A stretch of 64,000 nt of DNA. Source: Bryobacterales bacterium. GTDB taxonomy: Bacteria; Acidobacteriota; Terriglobia; Bryobacterales; UBA6623. The DNA lies in the NCBI GenBank assembly GCA_965208945.1, contig OZ242366.1, positions 2,899,827 through 2,963,826 on the forward strand, given 5' to 3'. The notes beneath the pieces were generated by a model. The model was not told the origin of the DNA. It saw only the letters and a program-made list of their open reading frames with translations, and ran no database searches. Positions 52,731-62,159 of the stretch are shown here, one piece after another; the first letter of the stretch is position 1, and every line of letters starts with the position of its first letter. Position numbers and translations under genes: made by a program.

Positions 52731-53372
52731 GTGAGTTCGAATAAGACCATGGAGGGTCTCAAGGAAACTCGGCCGCCCAACGGTTTTTCACGACGCTCTT
52801 TTATCCAGGGCGTGAGCGTGGGAAGCGGGGCGGCTGGGGCGCTCCTTGCGACGCCGGAAGCCGAAGCGGCCGATGGCGATGTCGTCGGTCCGGGCGCGGT
52901 GTCGATGACTCTCAGGATCAACGGAAGGAATCACTCTCTGGAGGCGGAGCCGCGGGTCACGCTGCTCGATGCTCTGCGCGACCGTCTCGACATGACCGGC
53001 GCGAAGAAAGTTTGCGACCGGGCGACCTGCGGCGCATGCACCGTGATGGTGGACGGGCAGGCCGTCTACGCTTGCACGATGCTGGCGATCGAAGCGGAAG
53101 GCCGCGAAATCCGGACCATCGAAAGCCTGTCGGCCAACGATCCGGTGCCTCGGAACTTCGTCAAGCACGATGCCCAGCAGTGCGGGTTCTGCACGCCGGG
53201 CTTCGTGATGGCGTGCCAGTCGTTTCTCGAGAATAATCCCAACCCCTCGCAAGCGGATGTGGAAGCTGGTTTGAGCGGCAACATCTGCCGCTGCGGCACC
53301 TACGTTGGAGTGCGCTTGGCCGCTCTCGAAGCTGCGGAGGAAGTGAAAGGAGGGCGTCGTCGTGGCTACTAA
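52731..53372 (+). CDS. Tat-signal (2Fe-2S)-binding small subunit of a xanthine-dehydrogenase-family (PaoA-like) enzyme
   Basis: SRRSFIQGVSVGSGAAGALLATPEAEA. Cys clusters CDRATCGACTV and CGFCTPG...CRCGTY. Confidence 0.85.
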   Translation: MSSNKTMEGLKETRPPNGFSRRSFIQGVSVGSGAAGALLATPEAEAADGDVVGPGAVSMTLRINGRNHSLEAEPRVTLLDALRDRLDMTGAKKVCDRATCGACTVMVDGQAVYACTMLAIEAEGREIRTIESLSANDPVPRNFVKHDAQQCGFCTPGFVMACQSFLENNPNPSQADVEAGLSGNICRCGTYVGVRLAALEAAEEVKGGRRRGY

Positions 53373-55521
53373 ATATGATTGGCCCAGCGCCGCGGACCGT
53401 AGCGTCATTGGCAGAAGTGTTAGCCGGCTGGACGGCGCTGAAAAAGCGACGGGACGCGCCAAGTACGCCTATGACCGCAATCCGGAAGGGTTGCTCGTGG
53501 GCCGTCTCGTAACGTCTCCTCACGCCAACGCCCGCATCACGAGGATTGATGCGAGCGGCGCGGAGCGCTTGAAAGGCGTCCGCGGAGTGGTCTTGATCAA
53601 GGACATCGGTGACGAAGTGCAGTGGACCGGTGCGGAGATCGCGGCGATCGCGGCCGACACCGAAGAGATTGCGCGCGATGCCGTGAGGAGGTTCAAGGTC
53701 GAATACGAAGTGCTCTCGCACCTCGTCAAGGAAGAGGATGTCGAGAAGGCCGGCAACCGCGTCGTCCCCGGTCAGGAAAATACCGAAGGCGACCCGGCCA
53801 AGGCTCTTCAGGAAGCCGACGCTACGCACGAGGGCTACTACGGCGCGGCGACGATTACGCACTGCTGCATGGAGCCCCATGGCAACACGGTTCACTGGAA
53901 GGGCGAAAAGGACATCACCGTCTGGGCCTCGACGCAGGCCGTGGGCCGCATCGGGGCGGACTTGGCGAAGAACCTGGCGGCGGACCCTTCGTTGCCCAAG
54001 GTCAGCCCGAGCGACATCCATGTGGTCACTCCGGTGATGGGCGGCGGCTTCGGATCGAAGTTCAATATCGATTCGTGGGGCGTCGCCGCGGCGAAGCTGT
54101 CGCGGATGACAGGCCGGCCGGTGAAGATCATGCTCGACCGCGACGAAGAGCAGCAAATGGCGGGAGCGCGGCCTTCCTATTTCGGCAATGTCAAGGTGGG
54201 CGCCAAGAAGGACGGCACGCTGACCGTTTTCGACGTCGAAAGCTGGGCGACGAGCGGTGTTGGCCGGGGCGGAAACCCCGCTCTGCCGTACGTGATCGAG
54301 CCGCCGAACCAGCGGGTTCGCCACGTGAACGTTGCGACGAACACTGGTCCGGCCCGTGCTTGGCGGGCGCCGCGGCATCCGCAATGCGCGGTGATCACGC
54401 ACTGCGCGTTGACCGACCTGGCCCACAAGTTGGACATGGACCCGGTCGACTTCTTCAAGAAGAACGCCGATCTGACGGCTCGTCCGGATGTCTATCGCAC
54501 CGAGATCGATAAAGCCGCCGAGCTGATCGACTGGAAGGAAAAGTACCACAAACCGGGCGAAGGCTCCGGGCATGTCCGCAGTGGTTTGGGGCTGTCGATC
54601 CATACATGGGGCGGGCGTCCGCACGACAGCCAGTGCCGGGTGGTCATCGAACCGGACGGCGCGGCTTCCGCGGAAATCGGCAGTCAGGATATCGGTACGG
54701 GAACCCGGACCGTGATCGCGATGGTGTTGGCCGAGACGCTCGGTCTGCCGGTCTCGCGCGTCAACGTGAAGATGGGCGACAGCAGCTTGCCGCCCTCGGG
54801 CGCGTCCGGAGGCAGCACGACGGTGGGCGGCGTTTCCTCGTCCACGCGGCGGGCAGCGGTGAACGCTCTGGAAAAACTGAAGGAGAAGGTCGCCGGCGAC
54901 TTGGGCGCCTCATCCGCGGATGAGATCGAGGCCAATGACGGCTACCTCCGATTGAAGGAGAATCCGAAGAAGCGGATCGCATGGACGGCCGCCTGCCGAA
55001 AGCTCAGTACGGAGACGATCTCCGAGATGGGCAACCAGCCGGATCGCGACGGCGGCAAGCTCGCGGATTCCGGCGTCGGCGGCGTTCAGATGGCGGATGT
55101 CTCGGTCGACATGGAGACCGGCATCGTCACGATGAACAAGATGGTGGCCGTGCAGGACTGCGGCTTGATCATCGATTTGAAGCTGGCGGAGAGCCAGGTG
55201 TACGGTTCGCTGATCATGGGAATTTGCTCAGCCCTTTGGGAAGAGCGGGTGTATGACCAGATGAGCGGCGTCTACCTGAATGCCGACATGGAGTTCTACA
55301 AGTTGGCGGGTATCGGCGATATCGGCGAACTGGTCGTCCACATGATGACGGGAGTCTACGACGACCGCGGCGTCATCGGGCTGGGCGAGCCTCCGGCGAT
55401 CTCACCCATGGCGGCGATTTCGAACGCCGTGTTCAATGCCATCGGCGCGCGTGTGCCGACGGTGCCGGTCACGCCGGACAAGGTTCTGGCGGCCCTGGAG
55501 AAGAAAGGGGGAATGGCGTAA
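53362..55521 (+). CDS. Xanthine-dehydrogenase-family molybdopterin-binding large subunit
   Basis: 719 aa. GRSVSRLDGAEKATGRAKYAYD; MGGGFGSK; C-terminal GLGEPPAISPMAAISNAV. Confidence 0.85.
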   Translation: MATKYDWPSAADRSVIGRSVSRLDGAEKATGRAKYAYDRNPEGLLVGRLVTSPHANARITRIDASGAERLKGVRGVVLIKDIGDEVQWTGAEIAAIAADTEEIARDAVRRFKVEYEVLSHLVKEEDVEKAGNRVVPGQENTEGDPAKALQEADATHEGYYGAATITHCCMEPHGNTVHWKGEKDITVWASTQAVGRIGADLAKNLAADPSLPKVSPSDIHVVTPVMGGGFGSKFNIDSWGVAAAKLSRMTGRPVKIMLDRDEEQQMAGARPSYFGNVKVGAKKDGTLTVFDVESWATSGVGRGGNPALPYVIEPPNQRVRHVNVATNTGPARAWRAPRHPQCAVITHCALTDLAHKLDMDPVDFFKKNADLTARPDVYRTEIDKAAELIDWKEKYHKPGEGSGHVRSGLGLSIHTWGGRPHDSQCRVVIEPDGAASAEIGSQDIGTGTRTVIAMVLAETLGLPVSRVNVKMGDSSLPPSGASGGSTTVGGVSSSTRRAAVNALEKLKEKVAGDLGASSADEIEANDGYLRLKENPKKRIAWTAACRKLSTETISEMGNQPDRDGGKLADSGVGGVQMADVSVDMETGIVTMNKMVAVQDCGLIIDLKLAESQVYGSLIMGICSALWEERVYDQMSGVYLNADMEFYKLAGIGDIGELVVHMMTGVYDDRGVIGLGEPPAISPMAAISNAVFNAIGARVPTVPVTPDKVLAALEKKGGMA

Positions 55522-56474
55522 TGGAAGCCTTCGAATATGCAGCTCCCAACTCCGTCAAAGAGGCGGTCGGTCTGCTTTCCTCGAATTGGGGGGAGGCGGA
55601 TGTCCTCGCGGGCGGCACCGACTTGCTCAGTCTGTTGAAAGAGGGTGTCCACACGCCGAAGCGCGTCGTGAGCCTCAAGAACGTCTCCGGACTGAGAGGT
55701 GTGAGTGCTTCGCGGATCGGCGCGACCGCTACCATCGCCGAATTGCTGGGTAGCAGCAGTGTGCCCGCGGCGGTTCGTCAAGCTGCGGAGGGTATTACGA
55801 GTCCGCAGATGCGAGCGATGGGCACTGTCGGCGGCGAACTGCTGCAGCGGCCCCGCTGCTGGTATTTCCGCAACGGTTACGGCTTGCTGGGCAAAGACGC
55901 CAAGGGCAAGTCCCTGGCGCCGAACGGCGAGAACCAGTACCATGCCATCCTCGGTAACAAGGGACCGGCGTACTTCGTCAGCGCGTCGAGCCTGGCCCCG
56001 GCGCTGATTGCCCTCGAAGCGACGGTGACGGTAACGGGTCCGGACGGCGAAGACGAAATGCCGCTCGAGAAGCTGTTCCAGACGCCGTCGAGCGACAGCC
56101 AGAGGGAAAACACCTTGCAGCCGAATCAGGTGCTCACCGGCATCAATCTTCCCGGAGGCGGAGCGAGGAGCGCGACCTATGAAGTGCGTCAGCGGCAGTT
56201 GATGGACTGGCCGTTGGCGTCTGCTTCGGTTGCTCTGAAGATGAGCGGCGATACGGTCGAAAGCGCCCGCGTCGTATTGGGTCATGTGGCCCCGACTCCC
56301 TGGCGGTCGTCCGATGCCGAGAACGCCCTGGCGGGCAAGGCGGTTTCGGAAGACACGGCGATGGCGGCGGCCAAAGCGGCGCTCTCCGCGGCAACCCCGC
56401 TGAGTCGCAACAAGCACAAGGTGCAGTTGGCGCGAGTCGCCGTCAAGCGCGCGATCCTGCAAGCCGCCGGTTAA
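55521..56474 (+). CDS. Xanthine-dehydrogenase-family FAD-binding subunit
   Basis: MEAFEYAAPNSVKEAVGLL...VLAGGTDLLSLLKEG is a CO-dehydrogenase-flavoprotein-type N-terminus. Confidence 0.8.
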   Translation: MEAFEYAAPNSVKEAVGLLSSNWGEADVLAGGTDLLSLLKEGVHTPKRVVSLKNVSGLRGVSASRIGATATIAELLGSSSVPAAVRQAAEGITSPQMRAMGTVGGELLQRPRCWYFRNGYGLLGKDAKGKSLAPNGENQYHAILGNKGPAYFVSASSLAPALIALEATVTVTGPDGEDEMPLEKLFQTPSSDSQRENTLQPNQVLTGINLPGGGARSATYEVRQRQLMDWPLASASVALKMSGDTVESARVVLGHVAPTPWRSSDAENALAGKAVSEDTAMAAAKAALSAATPLSRNKHKVQLARVAVKRAILQAAG

Positions 56475-56549
56475 CGAAGAGGTATGGCCAGGAGCGTGGT
56501 TTGATCTGCGCCCCTTTCACTCATGCAGGTAGCACCGCCATTCAAGGTG

Positions 56550-56738
56550 ATGGGCGCCCGTTGCGATTCTCTGCGGTGGAAGGGAATGTTCATCGCCACC
56601 GAGGAAGAGAAGAACCCCGAGGATGCGGACGGCAGCAACTTCTGGTGCGTCTACACCCAGAATTGCGTCGGTCCGGACGGCGGAGCCGTGAGCTTGCAGA
56701 CCTGTACGGCGTCACGATCCTGCTACGACCCTTTGTAA
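56550..56738 (+). CDS. Small Cys-containing hypothetical protein
   Basis: MGARCDSLRWKGMFIATEEEKNPEDADGSNFWCVYTQNCVGPDGGAVSLQTCTASRSCY. No named family recognised. Confidence 0.35.
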   Translation: MGARCDSLRWKGMFIATEEEKNPEDADGSNFWCVYTQNCVGPDGGAVSLQTCTASRSCYDPL

Positions 56739-56828
56739 ATGTTTACCGCAATCCCGCGGCGCCTATAGTAAACTGATGATCGAATCTTGAATCAGCTAGT
56801 ACGGACGAGGTTCATAAGGAGGACCACC

Positions 56829-57515
56829 ATGAAAGGCTTTCGTTTTGCGAGCTTGATTGTTCTGTCGTTGATCGTAGCGGCAGCGGCCGGCGCGGCCGAC
56901 ATTCGGGGCACTTATGTGGAAGCCCGGAACGCGGAAGTATACACGTCGCACTGCTTCGCCAACTCCGAGTTGGGACTCGTCGGCGAGTTGGCGGTGATGA
57001 CTTGGCGGATCGACGAAGGAAGCTGGCACAACGTCGCTCTCGACGGGCTTGGCGTGGCGGCCGTCGTCAAGGCGAGCGGGACGCTGGGTGATCCCTTCAA
57101 CAACCCGTATCCGGCCAAGGCCGTGTTGATTTTCGACGAGCAGGCCTCCGACGCGCAGCGCTCGGCTCTGGAGAGCTTTGCCAGGGCGATGAGCGGTGAT
57201 CTGGTCGAGACGGTGACAAACCGCATGGAGGCGCCGATCTCGATGAGCTTCGAAGGCGGCATGCATGCCAGGCGGGCCACCGTGGAAGTCGGTGACCTGA
57301 TCAAGGTCCGGACGCGCCCGATCCGCGAGAGCGATTCGCTCTGCCACCTCGACGACCTCTATTTCACGCCGCTCGTCAGCCTCGACCATGCGATGCCCGC
57401 CTTCGGCATTCAGACGCGCTTCGACGGCGAAGGGCTCGGTGTTCGCTTTGACGAACGGAACCGCAGCAACGCTTACATCGGCACGTTCGAGATGAGCGAG
57501 ACTGTCAGCGACTGA
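56829..57515 (+). CDS. Secreted hypothetical protein (weak DUF1326-like pattern)
   Basis: ATG 56829 is preceded by AGGAGG. Signal peptide MKGFRFASLIVLSLIVAAAAGAA. GTYVEARNAEVYTSHCF...LDGLGVAAVV. The family call is tentative. Confidence 0.45.
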   Translation: MKGFRFASLIVLSLIVAAAAGAADIRGTYVEARNAEVYTSHCFANSELGLVGELAVMTWRIDEGSWHNVALDGLGVAAVVKASGTLGDPFNNPYPAKAVLIFDEQASDAQRSALESFARAMSGDLVETVTNRMEAPISMSFEGGMHARRATVEVGDLIKVRTRPIRESDSLCHLDDLYFTPLVSLDHAMPAFGIQTRFDGEGLGVRFDERNRSNAYIGTFEMSETVSD

Positions 57516-57666
57516 ACACCATCGAACAAACCGCAAGAAGAGTTCTGTTTCTGTGACGAGGGGGCCGCTGTGCGGCTCCCTGTTGCTTTTGAGGCTTCAC
57601 GCTCGGTTACGCTCGAAGGTAACTTGTGTAATGTTGCGCACTTAGGTTGAGAGAGGAGATTTTCAC

Positions 57667-58314
57667 ATGAGAACGAACGTCCTGCGGCCCATTTATATCG
57701 GCTTGGCCCTTCTGGTCGCCCTTCCGGCGCTGGCGGCGGACTTTTCCGTCGAGCCGGTGGGCGCGCCTCCGGCAGACGGGGTGCCGGAGGCCGTCACGAC
57801 CATGCTGCATGGCGAAGGCGTGCGCGTGAAGGGCCCTGACGGGAAGATCGTCGCCGAATTCTGGGGCCGGAAATCGGCGTTCGAAGGCGATCCAGCCTCG
57901 GGTTTCGGCATTCGGTTTACTATGATCCCGGAAGGCGCTCTCGTGGGACTCGTTCAATTCCCCGATAAAGGCTCCGACTATCGCGAGCAGCACATTCCCC
58001 CCGGTATCTATACCCTGCGTTACGGGCTGCACCCCGAAGACGGCGACCACATGGGCGCCGCGCCCAGCAGGGATTTCGTCCTGTTGACCCCGGCGGCAGC
58101 CGATACCGAGGCGAGCAGGAACTACGGGTTCGACGACTTGGTCGAGTTGAGCTACAAGGTCGGAAATTCGCACCCGACCGTTGCCCGGGCCGAGATGGCT
58201 GATGGCGACGGCAGCCCGAATATCTGGCAGAACGACCTGGAGCATTGGGTGGTCGACCTGAAGATGGTGGGAGAGCCGATCGGCATCGTCGTGTATGGTC
58301 ACGCAGACGAGTAG
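57667..58314 (+). CDS. Secreted hypothetical protein
   Basis: 215 aa with a signal peptide (LALLVALPALAA). Coding-like composition, no recognised domain. Confidence 0.5.
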   Translation: MRTNVLRPIYIGLALLVALPALAADFSVEPVGAPPADGVPEAVTTMLHGEGVRVKGPDGKIVAEFWGRKSAFEGDPASGFGIRFTMIPEGALVGLVQFPDKGSDYREQHIPPGIYTLRYGLHPEDGDHMGAAPSRDFVLLTPAAADTEASRNYGFDDLVELSYKVGNSHPTVARAEMADGDGSPNIWQNDLEHWVVDLKMVGEPIGIVVYGHADE

Positions 58315-58449
58315 AACCTTCGCCCCACGGAAAGCCGTTGTCTTGCTGTTCAACTCTCGTTAAGTTGACAAAGCAGGCGGGCAGCCACGATTCTGAGAAG
58401 GTAGCACTTGTAGGAGCCGCTCCTTTGCGGTTTTCGCCCGGGGATTGAA

Positions 58450-59532
58450 ATGTCAAGGAATCGTTTTTGGATAGCTGTTTTTGCGCTCTTTGCGGTCTGC
58501 TCGACCGTTCTGATTTCATGCGGTGTAGAACCGGAGGCTCCGATCTCATCGATGCCGGTTGGCGAAACGATAACCATCGCGGTTCCTCTGGGACTGCCGC
58601 CGGTTCCAGTGCCTGCTGACAACCCGCCGACCGCTGAGACCATCGCGCTGGGGCGTAGACTTTATTATGAGAAGCGCTTTTCCGCCGACGGCTCGATCTC
58701 GTGCGCATCCTGCCATCGGCACGATGCCGGATTCGCTGATCCGGATCGGTTTTCGAGCGGCGTGGGCGGCAAGAAGGGCGGACGGCAGGCGCCGACGGTA
58801 ATCAACACGGCGTACTTCACGACACAGTTCTGGGACGGCCGAGCGCCGAGTCTCGAGAAGCAGGCCGAGGGGCCTGTCCAGAACCCGATTGAGATGGCCA
58901 ACACGCTCGAGGCCGTAGAGGAAGAGTGCTCTGAGGACCCCAGCTATGTAGAGGCTTTCGAAAAGGCCTTCGGATCCGGTGACGTCACCTACGAGCGCAT
59001 CGGGAAAGCCATCGCCAGCTTCGAGCGCACCGTCTTGAGCGGCAACTCACCGTTTGACCGTTACCTGTACGGCGGTGATGAGGATGCTCTCAGTGAGTCG
59101 GCCAAGCGGGGGTTGGAGGTGTTTCGCGATCCAGCGAAGGGCAATTGCGAAGTCTGCCATGCGATGGAAGAGGAGTATGCGCTCTTCACCGACGACAAGT
59201 TCCATAATCTGGGCGTCGGAGCCAACCTGGACGGGACGTTGCAGGACATTGGCCGCTTCAAAGTGACGGAAAACGAAGCCGATCGTGGCGCTTTCAAGAC
59301 GCCCGGCCTGCGGAATATCACCGAGACCGCGCCCTACATGCATGACGGCAGCTTGAAGACGCTGAAGCAAGTGATCGACTTCTACATCGGTGCCGGCAAC
59401 TCGAATGAATGGCTCGACAAGGATCTCAAGGAACTCGACCACCTCACTGGACAGGAACGCGTGGACCTGGAAGAGTTCTTGAAGTCGCTCACAGCCGAGA
59501 TGCCGGCGGACACGGGACCTCCCACGGACTAA
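58450..59532 (+). CDS. Di-haem cytochrome c peroxidase (CCP/MauG family)
   Basis: Two CxxCH motifs (CASCH, CEVCH). FWDGRAPSLEKQAEGPVQNPIEM. PYMHDGS. Confidence 0.85.
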   Translation: MSRNRFWIAVFALFAVCSTVLISCGVEPEAPISSMPVGETITIAVPLGLPPVPVPADNPPTAETIALGRRLYYEKRFSADGSISCASCHRHDAGFADPDRFSSGVGGKKGGRQAPTVINTAYFTTQFWDGRAPSLEKQAEGPVQNPIEMANTLEAVEEECSEDPSYVEAFEKAFGSGDVTYERIGKAIASFERTVLSGNSPFDRYLYGGDEDALSESAKRGLEVFRDPAKGNCEVCHAMEEEYALFTDDKFHNLGVGANLDGTLQDIGRFKVTENEADRGAFKTPGLRNITETAPYMHDGSLKTLKQVIDFYIGAGNSNEWLDKDLKELDHLTGQERVDLEEFLKSLTAEMPADTGPPTD

Positions 59533-60812
59533 CGCCAGGGATCAACCCGGTTTTTTTCATCAGCGTAAAAGGTTTCCCAATCTTCGCCGGCGCGGCCGTT
59601 CAGGTCCCACTCCACATGGCCGCCCTTGATCGTCAACTCGGCGGTCAGGAGCCTGTTTCCTTTGAGGGTGATGCGCCGGACGTCGAGAAAACCGAAATCC
59701 CCCTCGTCGAGCCGCAGCACGGTCACGTCGGCGATGGCGCCTTCGCTGAGGTGGCCGAGTTCGGTGCGCTTGATGACCTCGGCCGGTTTCCAGGTCGACA
59801 TGCGGACGACCTCCTCGAGCGATGAGCCCAGATTGAGGATCTTCGACATGACGTTGGTCATGTCCTTCATGCCGGCATTCATGCTGCCGATGTGGAGATC
59901 GGTCGAGATGATGTCGGGCGGGAAGCCCTGCTCGTAAGCGGGAACCGCCACGCGCCAGGTGAAGCTGCCGCCTCCGTGGCCGATGTCGAATATGATGCCG
60001 CGCTCGCGGCCCTGGAACATCGACGGATTGATCTTCCCCTCATCGGTCAACTCAACACGCAAGCCCGAGTACATGTGGGTGTAGATGTCGCCGGGGCGGA
60101 GCTTTTCGAGGTAGAGTTCCCCGATCGGACGCTCCTTGGGATGGTTGGCGCCGAAGTCGACCATGACCGGAATATCCGCGAGGCCGGCAGCCTCGACGGC
60201 TCGCTCGACGGAAACCCATTCGGGCCCTGAATAGTGCGCGGTCTTGACGCCTACGATGATGTCGGGGTATTTCTTGGCCATCGCGGCGATTTTTTCGGGC
60301 TCCATGTCTTCGGGGTTGTCCTCGCCGTCGGGTCCCATACCGCCCCCGGCGACGTTCAGCATGACCAGCACGCGCGTCCTGGAGCGGTCGATGACGCGGT
60401 CCTTGAAGTCCTCGAAGTTGCGATGCCCGGAGCTGCCGACATCGACGAGCGTCGTGCAGCCGGATCGAAAGCTGAAGTGATCGGGGTAGACACTGCTGTC
60501 TCCGGTAAGCACGCGGGGGATTCCGGTTCCGGCGTAGACGTGGGCGTGCAGATCGATCAGGCCGGGTGTGACGTAGAGGCCGCTGACATCGACGACCTTT
60601 CCGGCGCGGTCCTCGGGCAGGCTTTCGCGGACGGCGACGATCTTTCCCTCATCAATCGCGACATCCATCGGGGCGCTGATCTCGTTCTTGGGATCGATGA
60701 CGTGCCCTCCCTTGAGAAGCATGCCGTACGACGCGGGGAGAGCCTCGCCGCATCCGTAGCCGGCTAGCAGTGCGACAACAGTAAGGAGGCAGACGCAGGC
60801 TTGTTTCTTCAT
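59529..60812 (-). CDS. Secreted amidohydrolase/deacetylase-family metallohydrolase, paralog 1
   Basis: Lipoprotein-like MKKQACVCLLTVVALLAGYGC. LLKGGHVIDP, TPGLIDLHAHVY, DIGHGGGSF, STDLHIGS. Confidence 0.75.
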   Translation of the reverse strand: MKKQACVCLLTVVALLAGYGCGEALPASYGMLLKGGHVIDPKNEISAPMDVAIDEGKIVAVRESLPEDRAGKVVDVSGLYVTPGLIDLHAHVYAGTGIPRVLTGDSSVYPDHFSFRSGCTTLVDVGSSGHRNFEDFKDRVIDRSRTRVLVMLNVAGGGMGPDGEDNPEDMEPEKIAAMAKKYPDIIVGVKTAHYSGPEWVSVERAVEAAGLADIPVMVDFGANHPKERPIGELYLEKLRPGDIYTHMYSGLRVELTDEGKINPSMFQGRERGIIFDIGHGGGSFTWRVAVPAYEQGFPPDIISTDLHIGSMNAGMKDMTNVMSKILNLGSSLEEVVRMSTWKPAEVIKRTELGHLSEGAIADVTVLRLDEGDFGFLDVRRITLKGNRLLTAELTIKGGHVEWDLNGRAGEDWETFYADEKNRVDPWR

Positions 60813-60858
60813 GGGCTCGAATATCCTTCCGTAATACGTTGCGGTGGATCGGGTATGG

Positions 60859-62100
60859 CTACATCAAGCCGTAAGCCTCGCGGTAGTCGGTGGCGGTACG
60901 GCCGTTGAGGTCCCAGGCTACTTGGCCGTCGCGGATCGTCATTTCGCAGACCAGCAGCTTCGTGGCCATGAGACGGGCTCTCTGGGCGTCGACGAGGCCG
61001 AAACGGCCGTGGTCAAGCCGCAGGACGGCGATATCGGCGACGGCTCCTTCGCCGAGGTGGCCGAGATCGCGGCGTTTCATCTGTTGCGCCGGGTTCCAGG
61101 TGGACATCTTGATCACGTCGTAAAGCGGCACTCCCTGGCTGAGGATCTTCGACATGACATTGGTCATGTCCTTCATGCCGGCGTTCATGCTTCCGATGTG
61201 CAGGTCCGTCGAGATCGAGTCGGGCCAAAAGCCTTGACGGATCGCGGGGACGGCGTTTTTCCATGAGAAGCTGCCGCCGCCATGGCCCACATCGAACTTC
61301 ACGCCGCGCTTACGGGCCTGCGCGAGGTAAGGGAGCAGCTTGTGCTTGTCGTCCACGTAGGGCACTTGTCGTTTGTACCCATGGGTGTAGATGTCACCGG
61401 GCCGCAGATGGTCGAGAACGAGTTCCTGGAAGGGCCGGGCTTCATGAAACGTTCCGAAGTCGATCATGACGGGCAGGTCGGTCAGTTTGCCGGCCTCGAC
61501 GGCTTTGTCGACGGAGGTCCACTCGGGCCCGTGGAAGTGCGCCGACTTGATGCCCACGATGGTGTCGGGGTATTCCTTGGCTCGTTTCGCGGTGGCTTCG
61601 GGGTCCATGTCAGACGTATCCTGCTCGATATCGTTGCGGCCGGCCATGCCCTTACCCACGATGTTGAGCAGGGCGAGAACACGGGTCTTCGAGATATCGA
61701 TGACGCGGTCCTTGAATTCGGGGAAGTTGGTCCAACCCGAACTGCCCGCATCAACGACCGTGGTCACGCCGCTGCGGAAGGTAAAACCGTCGGGGTAGAC
61801 GCTGCGGTCTCCGGTGTAGGAATTCTTGTTCCCCGTACCGGTATAGACGTGAACGTGGATGTCAACGAGCCCCGGCGTCACGTAGAAGCCGGAGACGTCG
61901 ACTGTCTTCTTGGCGTCCGTGGGGGGGATGCTTTCGGCGACGCGGGCAATCTTGTTGCCCGAGACGGCGACATCCATCGGGGCGTTGACGCCGTTGCGAG
62001 GGTCGATGACGTTGCCGCCCTTCAGCAACAGGTCGTATGTCTGGGACATCAGAGAACACGGGATCAGCAGGAGTCCGATCAAGAGCGCGGAAAGTTTCAT
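60859..62100 (-). CDS. Secreted amidohydrolase-family metallohydrolase, paralog 2
   Basis: Signal peptide. LLKGGNVIDP, TPGLVDIHVHVY, DVGHGGGSF, STDLHIGS. Confidence 0.75.
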   Translation of the reverse strand: MKLSALLIGLLLIPCSLMSQTYDLLLKGGNVIDPRNGVNAPMDVAVSGNKIARVAESIPPTDAKKTVDVSGFYVTPGLVDIHVHVYTGTGNKNSYTGDRSVYPDGFTFRSGVTTVVDAGSSGWTNFPEFKDRVIDISKTRVLALLNIVGKGMAGRNDIEQDTSDMDPEATAKRAKEYPDTIVGIKSAHFHGPEWTSVDKAVEAGKLTDLPVMIDFGTFHEARPFQELVLDHLRPGDIYTHGYKRQVPYVDDKHKLLPYLAQARKRGVKFDVGHGGGSFSWKNAVPAIRQGFWPDSISTDLHIGSMNAGMKDMTNVMSKILSQGVPLYDVIKMSTWNPAQQMKRRDLGHLGEGAVADIAVLRLDHGRFGLVDAQRARLMATKLLVCEMTIRDGQVAWDLNGRTATDYREAYGLM

Positions 62101-62159
62101 GCGTGCATCCTTTCTGTCTATCAGTGCCTATCTTCGGCGTGTCGCCGGCACATTGACGG

